Part shown: piece after piece, positions 15,241-23,200 of the stretch | Position numbering within the stretch: position 1 is the stretch's first letter | Layout of the letters: each line of letters opens with the position of its first letter | Assembly: GCA_943789275.1 (NCBI GenBank) | Contig: CALSTM010000001.1 | Span: 180,001-212,000, forward strand | Length of the DNA stretch: 32,000 nucleotides | From: Candidatus Poseidoniaceae archaeon | GTDB lineage: Archaea; Thermoplasmatota; Poseidoniia; Poseidoniales; Poseidoniaceae | Direction of reading: 5' to 3' | Position numbers and translations under genes: made by a program | Notes under the pieces: generated by a model | What the model was told of the DNA's origin: nothing | The model's input: the letters and a program-made list of their open reading frames with translations, nothing else | The model's database searches: none

Positions 15241-18200
15241 ATGTCGAATCGTCCCTTTCGTGCCGTCGCCTTTGTCCTTGTGCTGCTGTTCGCAAGCATG
15301 TCTCCGCTCGCTTTGCAAGCCCGTGCTCACCAAAGCATCCTGTTGTCAACAGATACCTCCCATGTTGTACTCATGGGCGGCGAATCAGGAAACGTAACTT
15401 TGAACATTGAAAATAATGCGACCGCTATTGAATCATTCAATGTCACCGTTGACACCACCGGACTCTCCAGCGTTTGGCAAATCACCCCAAGCGAAGATAC
15501 AGTTGACAATGTTTTCCCGACTTGGAGTAAAAATACAACCATTGTCGTTCGACTCAGTGAGGGCTCTTTACCCAGCGACAGTGGCTCTTTTGACATTCAC
15601 GTGACCGAACCGGATCAAAATTTCACCAGTACGATAACGGTCTATGTCTCCGTTGCACCTTCGTTCAATCCGTCGCTTGACCTCTCGTTGATGGGAGGGC
15701 CATTGACTTCGATGGAAGCAGGCACAAACAACACCTTCTCAATCGGCGTTGAAAACCTTGGTTCAGTCCAAGACACACTGCTCCTCGATGTAGAATTTGA
15801 ACCCGACTTGGCTGCTTGGTGGGCGAATTACACCAATGGCTCAAGTGGAAACGGGACCGGAAACGGAACAGGTGGCAACGGAACCGGCAACGGGACAGGT
15901 GGTAACGGTACCGGCAACGGGACAGGTGGCAACGGGACCGGTAACGGGACTGGTGGTAACGGAACCGGAAACGGAACCGGCAACGGGACAGGTGGTACCA
16001 ACACGACCACCATCTCGAACCTCTTGATGTACGGGAACAGTTACACTTCATTCAACAATCTTGCGAGTTTGATGGAGTCGCTCGGGGTTGTCAACGCAGA
16101 TTCAATTGCACCTGGTGGGAGGACGCTTTCAGGGCATTGGGACGATATCAATACCTCCATGCACGTGTCAAACACCACCCTCCGCAACCCCAATATCGAT
16201 TGGGATTATGTCGTTCTGCAAGACCAAAGCCAAGTCCCGTCCTTGCCGACAAACGACTCGGATTGGCAGGCCAGCAAGGATGGTGCAGTCAACATCAGCA
16301 CTGAAATTGAGGCAGAGGGTTCAGAAACCGTTCTGTTCATGACTTGGGGCCGGCGAAGCGGAGAAACAGGGCCCCAATGGCACCAATATAACATCAATCA
16401 AAACTTCACCATTATGCAGCAGCGTTTAGAATCGGGATACATCAATTATCACGACAACATGACTGCTGCAGGCAATACAGTTTGGATGGCTCCAGTTGGT
16501 CTTGCCTTTGCTCACATTCATGACCATGTCATGGCATCGGGAATAAATGCAACAACTTCAGGAAATACATTCTACGACCTCTATTCTTCAGACGGAAGCC
16601 ACCCATCCCTTTCAGGAAGTTACCTTGCAGCGTGTGTGCTCTATGCTACAATGACCGGGGAATCTCCAGTTGGCTCAAACGACACAGTCCCTCTAACTGC
16701 AGCACTCAAACTTGAACTTCAACAAGCAGCAGCAGCAACAGTATTCAACGAAACTTCACACCTCGCTTACCCTTGGCAATCCTCGCCATCCTCGTCGAGC
16801 ATGATGATGTCCTCTCCTCGTGGACTTGGTGGCGGCATTCCGAGCGGTTGGAATGTACAATGGTCGAACGATGAGTATTCGAACATGGCTGCAGGCAGTT
16901 CTCAAACGGCAAGCCTCCATATTTCAGTTCCAAGTAACGCTGCACCGGATTACTATGGATTCCGATTGTACAGCGCCTCCACTGGCGGTAATGTCTCCAC
17001 TTCCACTTTACTCGTGGTCCATGTTAACGAAGAACATCAACTCAGTGTGGCCTTCCTTGACCAAAACGAACACTTTGTACCTGGGCTCTCTGTTGATTCA
17101 TCGGTGCAAGTCACCAACACTGGAAACGCTTTGATCGACTACGATTGGACAATGACGGTGGAAGATGGGCCGTGTGAAATCATGCTCTCTACAGCCACAT
17201 CATCTCTTGCTCCGGGTGACGTTACGGATGTCGAATTCCAATTGACCGTTCATGAAGAGGCCACAAAATCGGAGGATTGCGATTTGAAATTCGATGGAAT
17301 TGGTTCATCAAGTTCTGAACTGCATTCTGCTGAACCGTTCTTGTTCACTGTGGATGTTGACGAGTTGGTTGACTTCGAATTACTTGGTCCTTCCAACGAC
17401 TTGGAGGTCACTCCAGGGACGCCGCTTGAGTACGAGATGCGAATCCTCAACAACGGTAGCGAGGCGGTGACATTCTACCTCGATGTTCTCTCAACCGCTG
17501 GTTTGTCGACGACTTTTACTGCAGGTTCGAGTGTTACTGTTGCTTCGGGAGAGTCAGGTATCTGGAGTATGTCGACAGATGCTGACCCGGGTCAATCCGG
17601 TCCACTCATGCAGATGTTCTCGGTGAGTTATTCGGATTCCTCCTCAACTGCGACCGTCGAGATTGATGTCTTGGGCGTGAGTGATGCGACCATCACAGGC
17701 CCATTAGACGGAAGGATTCAAATCCGACCTGGTGAATCGATATCGACGAATTTCACACTTGAAAACACAGGGACTTCCAACTTAACCATGACCGCAGCTT
17801 TGTTCGGATTACCTGCGGAGGTTGAGGCTGTTTTGAGCCATGAATCGGTAGCCTTGGCCGTCGGTGAGACCATCGGAATTCAGCTTACACTCGCAGTGTC
17901 TACTTCGGCTTCAGCCAGCACCCATGAACTCACTTTTGCCTACTTCAATTCCGAAGTCTCGACGGACCTCACGCTCTCTCTCCAGATTCAAGAGCGCATT
18001 GCAGTATTGCTTGGTTCCACCGGTACTCGCGTGGTCGCTGGACCAAGTACGGATGCAGTCTATACTTTTGATGCAACGAATTTGGGAACTGCAACGGACA
18101 CGCTCTATGTGAGTTTGATTGACAACGGTGCAACGGACTGGTTTGAGTTTGAGCTCTCGGCCACATCGTTGCTGCTCGAATCAGGCGAATCGATTTCAGT

Positions 18201-19353
18201 CACCCTCAATGTTCGTGAGATTTCTTCCGGCGCCCCAAACAGCGGCGTTGACGTTACAGTTCAACTCCGCTCATCCAGTGACGATTCGGTTGTTACTGAA
18301 CTCAATCTTACTGTGGAAGCCCTCGTTGCAGGCGCAGAAATCATTGTTCTAGCCGATGATGATTCCGCTCCACCTTCAGGTGTCATTCACGGAACTGTGG
18401 TCGTCACAAACAGCGGTTCTGGTGCCGACCAGTTGCTTCTGAGTACAGTTGGAATCGACTGCGGTGTTTCGACCGTTCTTTCACTGGGTGCTGGCGAATC
18501 CTCCTCCGCCTTACCGTGGTCGTGTACCTTGGCCGACGATGCCGAGGCTGGCCTGAAGGAACTCCGATTCCGAGTCACCAGTTCCTCACGAACTTCGTTC
18601 TCTGACAGCAGTGTGGAAATATACACCGTGGAGCCCGTCTGGGGTGATTCTGGTGTGCTGGAACTCACGTTCGCTGAAAACGCCCTTTCGATACCCTCTT
18701 CTGGTGGTTCTTCAATGATTCTTACGGTGACGAACCTCGCCAATGCACAGGTGACTGGAACGCTCTCACTGGATGGAATTGGTGATGGGCTCATGTTGAG
18801 TGAATGGACACGACTTTCTGATAACTCGACAACGAACCAAATCACCCTCTCACCGGGCTCTTCAATGCAGTATTCACTCCGTTTGACATCACTTGTTGCC
18901 ACCAATGAAGATGCAACGTTGCGTGCACGGGCTACGTACCAGATTGAGGATTCGACTTCATCAGATATGTCCGAAGATATTTCCATTTCCATTATCGGTC
19001 CTGAATTGCCTCCAAACGGCGTCCAATTACCGTTTGATGTTGCGCTTAGCCAATCCGATTCGCTGAACGCTATGTTTGGTGGATGGGGCTTATCACTGCT
19101 CATACTGGCGGTGCTCTATCTTCGTCGAGGAAAGAAGGAATCTCTCCTTGCCACTGAAGAAGCATCGGTCGTCGAGGAGGACGAAGAAATCGAGGAAGAA
19201 CCGGTTGCTCTTGGTTACAATGAATGCCGATTAGAAGGTGACAAGGTCTCCTGCCCTTCATGCGATGCTCGCCTCGGTGTTCCCCGCGGCAGTGAGCCTC
19301 CGTTCCGATTTACGTGCCCGAAGTGTTCGACGCTGATTCGTGTCGTTGAATGA
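15241..19353 (+). CDS. Giant (1370 aa) type-I membrane-anchored surface glycoprotein: signal peptide, beta-sandwich (CARDB/NEW3-like) modules, NGT-repeat linker, SGNH esterase-like domain, about 9 more beta-sandwich modules, TM helix, acidic linker, cytoplasmic zinc ribbon
   Basis: The signal peptide is MSNRPFRAVAFVLVLLFASMSPLALQARA. The protein has dozens of N-x-S/T sequons and recurrent roughly 90-aa modules with a V.N.G....F.L...........L.PG.S pattern. The TM helix GGWGLSLLILAVLYL followed by RRGKK lies at 19078-19140. The tail is EEDEEIEEE plus CPSC-x17-CPKC. Confidence 0.85.
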   Translation: MSNRPFRAVAFVLVLLFASMSPLALQARAHQSILLSTDTSHVVLMGGESGNVTLNIENNATAIESFNVTVDTTGLSSVWQITPSEDTVDNVFPTWSKNTTIVVRLSEGSLPSDSGSFDIHVTEPDQNFTSTITVYVSVAPSFNPSLDLSLMGGPLTSMEAGTNNTFSIGVENLGSVQDTLLLDVEFEPDLAAWWANYTNGSSGNGTGNGTGGNGTGNGTGGNGTGNGTGGNGTGNGTGGNGTGNGTGNGTGGTNTTTISNLLMYGNSYTSFNNLASLMESLGVVNADSIAPGGRTLSGHWDDINTSMHVSNTTLRNPNIDWDYVVLQDQSQVPSLPTNDSDWQASKDGAVNISTEIEAEGSETVLFMTWGRRSGETGPQWHQYNINQNFTIMQQRLESGYINYHDNMTAAGNTVWMAPVGLAFAHIHDHVMASGINATTSGNTFYDLYSSDGSHPSLSGSYLAACVLYATMTGESPVGSNDTVPLTAALKLELQQAAAATVFNETSHLAYPWQSSPSSSSMMMSSPRGLGGGIPSGWNVQWSNDEYSNMAAGSSQTASLHISVPSNAAPDYYGFRLYSASTGGNVSTSTLLVVHVNEEHQLSVAFLDQNEHFVPGLSVDSSVQVTNTGNALIDYDWTMTVEDGPCEIMLSTATSSLAPGDVTDVEFQLTVHEEATKSEDCDLKFDGIGSSSSELHSAEPFLFTVDVDELVDFELLGPSNDLEVTPGTPLEYEMRILNNGSEAVTFYLDVLSTAGLSTTFTAGSSVTVASGESGIWSMSTDADPGQSGPLMQMFSVSYSDSSSTATVEIDVLGVSDATITGPLDGRIQIRPGESISTNFTLENTGTSNLTMTAALFGLPAEVEAVLSHESVALAVGETIGIQLTLAVSTSASASTHELTFAYFNSEVSTDLTLSLQIQERIAVLLGSTGTRVVAGPSTDAVYTFDATNLGTATDTLYVSLIDNGATDWFEFELSATSLLLESGESISVTLNVREISSGAPNSGVDVTVQLRSSSDDSVVTELNLTVEALVAGAEIIVLADDDSAPPSGVIHGTVVVTNSGSGADQLLLSTVGIDCGVSTVLSLGAGESSSALPWSCTLADDAEAGLKELRFRVTSSSRTSFSDSSVEIYTVEPVWGDSGVLELTFAENALSIPSSGGSSMILTVTNLANAQVTGTLSLDGIGDGLMLSEWTRLSDNSTTNQITLSPGSSMQYSLRLTSLVATNEDATLRARATYQIEDSTSSDMSEDISISIIGPELPPNGVQLPFDVALSQSDSLNAMFGGWGLSLLILAVLYLRRGKKESLLATEEASVVEEDEEIEEEPVALGYNECRLEGDKVSCPSCDARLGVPRGSEPPFRFTCPKCSTLIRVVE
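15847..15996 (+). repeat. In-frame 27-nt tandem repeat encoding (GNGTGNGTG)n, giving 11 consecutive N-G-T sequons
   Basis: There are four 27-nt units plus one 39-nt unit. The units differ only at codon third positions (gga/ggg/ggt/ggc; acc/aca/act). The array is flanked by NYT, NGS and NTT sequons. Confidence 0.95.
16011..16680 (+). other. SGNH/GDSL-like (DUF4886-like) hydrolase domain embedded in the giant surface protein
   Basis: Blocks are LLMYGNSYT (Ser at 16039-16041), GGRTLSGHW, WDYVVLQDQS, VLFMTWGRR, PVGLAF, and LYSSDGSHPSLSGSYLAACVLYA (D-x-x-H at 16591-16602). Confidence 0.7.
19252..19326 (+). other. C-terminal cytoplasmic zinc-ribbon (CPSC-x17-CPKC)
   Basis: CPSCDARLGVPRGSEPPFRFTCPKCSTLIRV lies after the TM helix and the positive-inside RRGKK. 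It resembles MJ0042-type zinc ribbons (from memory). Confidence 0.7.
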
Positions 19354-20142
19354 TCACTCGCGTCGATAAGCAAGAAGCAAAAAGGCAGTGTGGCCAAACG
19401 GCCCATTCACTGGTCGAACGCCACCTTTGGAGGCCTTACCCCATTGACGCTGTATGAGTTCACCTGCCCATTCGACTTCAAGACCCTGTTCTTCACAGGC
19501 AATCCATGCGTTTTCGAGTTGACTCGTGACTGGGCAGTAGCACACCATTCTTCCGCCAATGTTGAGTAACGAAGCTACGGATTGAATGGCTGATGGATGT
19601 TCGGGAAGGTCAAGAATTATGGCATCGAAAGAAGGTCTTACGCTCGATATTTGCTCACGCACGTCCTCGATGGCTCCTTCGATGTGGTGATGGGATGGGA
19701 ACTCAGGCCAACTTTCTTTACATCTGCGCAAGTTTTCAAGCGCTATGTCTGCGTGTTCACTGCGAGGCTCAACGGTGACATGAACCCCGCTGTCACCGAG
19801 AATACGGGCGATGTACATCGAGAGACCTCCACTGCCAATGCCTGCTTCAAGCACGCTGTCGCCAGGCCCAATGCCCATTCGAGAAGTCATAAATCCGGCA
19901 TCTTTGGCTGAGATTGTCTGCGCCCTTCGTAGCATGCCTTTGGTCATTTCTGGAAGTCGAAGGGGTACACGAGTCAGAACCTTCTGCCCAACAAGAACTT
20001 CCTCTCCGATTTCAATGTTTGAAAAGAGTTCATTGGTATCGATGACTCCAAGACCTTTGATTTTGCGAACACCATCCATCATTTCCACAATGTGGACTTT
20101 ATTTTCTTCCTCCACAAATGCCGACCATTTTGTTGGGTTCAT
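19354..20142 (-). CDS. trmI: tRNA (adenine-N1)-methyltransferase TrmI/Trm61 family (m1A57/58)
   Basis: It has the SAM motif VLEAGIGSGGLS, plus FDAIILDLPEH and GGRMVCYCP. The track start 20226 adds 28 aa and would contain the TATA element. ATG 20142 gives a roughly 262-aa protein, typical for TrmI. Confidence 0.85.
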   Translation of the reverse strand: MNPTKWSAFVEEENKVHIVEMMDGVRKIKGLGVIDTNELFSNIEIGEEVLVGQKVLTRVPLRLPEMTKGMLRRAQTISAKDAGFMTSRMGIGPGDSVLEAGIGSGGLSMYIARILGDSGVHVTVEPRSEHADIALENLRRCKESWPEFPSHHHIEGAIEDVREQISSVRPSFDAIILDLPEHPSAIQSVASLLNIGGRMVCYCPVTSQLENAWIACEEQGLEVEWAGELIQRQWGKASKGGVRPVNGPFGHTAFLLLAYRRE

Positions 20143-20189
20143 GTTCTTGGCAATCCCCCTTTGCCCTAAATCTTGTTGTCCGGAGAAAT

Positions 20190-20197
20190 CTATATTT
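20190..20197 (-). promoter_or_regulatory. TATA box (AAATATAG on the minus strand) for trmI
   Basis: Plus-strand ctatattt at 20190-20197, about 51 nt upstream of ATG 20142. This implies a short leader, which contains AGGGGGA (20154-20160, minus). Confidence 0.4.
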
Positions 20198-20239
20198 GTG
20201 GTGAGTTCATAACATCGTTTTCTCACTGGAAAGGGAGGG

Positions 20240-20249
20240 TTTCATATAC
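20240..20249 (+). promoter_or_regulatory. TATA box (TTTCATATAC) centred about 26 nt upstream of ATG 20271 (leaderless)
   Basis: It has the same TTCATATA core as the metK element and is preceded by the purine-rich AAGGGAGGG. Confidence 0.5.
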
Positions 20250-20270
20250 TGTCTTGGCTGTGGTGAGTGC

Positions 20271-23200
20271 ATGAAGATGCTCGCTCGCCTTCTCGCCCCT
20301 GCCCTTGTCTTGCTTTTTGTGAGCAGTTTAATGATTGGTTTGACTGATGAAATGAATGCTAAGGAAGAACAGGTTGAATTGAAAGAACCTGTAATCCTAA
20401 GCGCTCCAACTGACCCTGGGCATACGGTTTTTGCACAATATATCACTTCTGATAATTGTGGTTATTGTTACCAATATGGAAGTCCAGCACACGACCAAGC
20501 GAAGACTTCACTTCCTGACCGCTATGTCTACATCTCCTATCACAGTCAATCATTCGGCAGCACTGCAGATGCTGAATCTGGAAACATTGCGCCTATCTAC
20601 GGTGTTCAACACCTTGGTGAATCTAGCGGAGCACCAAAGACCTCTTTTGGTGATGCAACACTGAATACTGGTTGCGGTTCAAACACATGTTGGGACTCCT
20701 ATATCTCGAGTGGCGGTAACATGCACAGCACATCGACTGATTATTCAGTCTCGGTTTCTCAAACAGACAACGGTGACGGAACCGTTGATGTTTCAGTCAG
20801 TGCAAGTTACGTCGGCTCAGGGACTGCGCCTTCAAGCATTACACTTTATGCAGCAGTTACTGAAAAAGTTTGTAACTCTCACACTTATGCTGATGGCAGC
20901 AAGGGTCACAACTGCTGGGAAGCATGGCTCTTGAACAATGGTGCTTATGCTCACAACGGTGGTAACGTTGGAAGCGGAAATGGATTTGAAACAGTGAACC
21001 TCAACTCCGGTCAAGCAGTGAAGACCTGGACCGTGCCAACAAATTTGGTCAACGGTGGAGCAAGCAACATGAACACAGTTGCAGCACTCTACTCCACATG
21101 GAGCACAACTTCCTTCAACGCTGATGTTTATGCCGCTGCCGACTCAACCATGGCTCCAAAATTGGACCTTGCAATCTCGAGTGTTGCAGTGTCGAACCCT
21201 TCTTCCTCAAACGGTGGATTTGTTCTCGGTGATATCGTTACTCTCGATGTTACTGCAGCGAATGTAGGCGACCTCGACTATACCGATGGAGGCACCATTC
21301 AATTCTTCTACAAAAATGGAGCGAATGAAGTTTCAATCAGTTCAACACCTTTGAACAACTTGAATGCTTTGGCTACACAGACTGCTCAAACAACTTTTGA
21401 CACTTCCAGTCTTTCCAGTGGATGGAAAAACACCTTTGGCGCACGCCTTACTGGGTTAGTGGCTGATGGAAACGGTGGAAACAACGTCGCTATGCAAGAA
21501 GTCGGCCAAGACCGCCCTCCAATCTCGAAGAACCCTCAAATCCAAGGTGATCAACTGATTGAGCGTGGAAACCACGCCATGGTTCTGGCAAAGGCCGATG
21601 CCGACGATACCGTCGATACGTCTGCGACCATGTCGTTTAACGTCGAAATCTCTCCAGCTGGTCTCAACCAATGGACCAGTTCAGTTATTTCTGGTGGGCA
21701 GAATGTGGTCTATTCAGGAACAAATAACGAAGGCAGAGAGTACGTCGTCACGCCCTCAGCGGCTATGGCTGCAGGATGGTATGATGTCCGTGCACAAGCA
21801 GTCGATTCTCGCGGCCAAGTTGGCGACTGGAAGGTCATTGACGGCCAATCTGGGTTCGAATTGAAGAACGGTGCACCAACCGTCATTCCCGACCCAATTC
21901 CATCTGTCATGTGCGACACATCGACCAAGGTTTCAATGGATGGCCACATAGTGGACCCTGAAACTCAACTGAAAGATCTCATCGTCACTTCCAATGACCC
22001 TGCATTCATCGCTTGGCACCCTCTAAGCGAGGAACTGGAAGTTAATTTCGCATGGTCTGAAGTCAACGGTTGTCCGCTCGGGCAACAGGGACTTGAAATC
22101 TCCATCGATGATGGTGGAGATTACTCCCAAACAGGAGAACTTCCGTATGGAACCATGTTGTTTAACGTCATTGAAAACGGACAACCTCGATGGAACGGAT
22201 TGCCTACTCAATCCATAGATGAGGGCAGCAGTGGAATTCTTGCTCTTCTCCCGTACTTGTTTGATACTGACGACTTTGGAACCCCTACATCGGTCGAAGA
22301 CCTCTCCATTCAACTCATAAGCAACTCAAACGAAGAAGCAATTCTTGCCACCCTTGATGGAAACACCATCGGCTTCCAAACTGTTGACGACGATTCGAAC
22401 GGACAAGCCGTTCTTACTCTGCGTGCAAGCGATGGAGTAAAGGCGTCCGACGCAACCCTCACCATCAACATCCAGCCAGTGAATGATGCTCCACGTCTTA
22501 TTCCTGTCGACGATATCTCCACTCTAACGTTGAAGCGAAATGCACAATTGGTCATTGACCTTACCAGCCGTGTTGTCGATGTCGACAACCCTGCAGAGGA
22601 GGCATTCATCACCGTATCCTCTTCAGAAGCAGGTGCAGCGCGTTACAGTTTTATTGACGGCAGCCTTACTTTAGAATTTGAACAAACTGGGATGCAAACG
22701 GTGACCATCTTGTTGCAAGACAAATTTGACTCTCAATCGTACACACTCAACGTAGAAGTCTTTGACGCATATCCATTCTTGGCCTCGAAAGATGATTCAG
22801 ACACCGGCTACATGGTCGTAGCGCTCGAAGACACATACATTGGTCAGACACCGACTGCAATTATGCTTCTGACCGATAATGCACCTACGTTTACCTTTAT
22901 CTCGGTAAATTGGAACATCTGTAACAAACTCACCGGAACATGCGATGGTTTGATGCAATACAATCTTGACACATCCAAATCGAACGTCGGTTGGAGCAAT
23001 GAACTGCTGGTGCCTTCCATCTTGGTTCCAGGAGAATTAGCCCGAGAAGATGGTTCACAGTACAAGGACTATTACCAACTGGCGATTACTGCAGTTGACA
23101 GTAACGGTGATGATTACAAGATGATGTCGGACTTGATTTGGGATATCACTGAATCTATGCCTACCATCGAAGAGATGGACGAGGAAATGTTCTCCGGCTA

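Noticed and set aside
15665-16051. A 128-aa antisense ORF with RCRFRFRYH repeats, and the idea that the 27-nt repeat is a CRISPR or other non-coding array
   Set aside because: The repeats are contiguous with no spacers and in frame with the 1370-aa ORF. They vary only at wobble positions of the plus-strand frame. That pattern fits plus-strand coding sequence and does not fit a CRISPR array or antisense coding.
18387-19103. A 238-aa ORF antisense to giant surface protein 1
   Set aside because: It lies entirely inside a well-supported 4.1-kb coding frame. The Ser/Glu/Pro-rich peptide is what the reverse complement of a Ser/Thr/Gly/Asp-rich gene produces. It has no start context, TATA or SD. 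I applied the same reasoning to 25311..25793 (-) inside lonB, 27640..28092 (-) inside the AI-2E gene and 24738..25178 (-).
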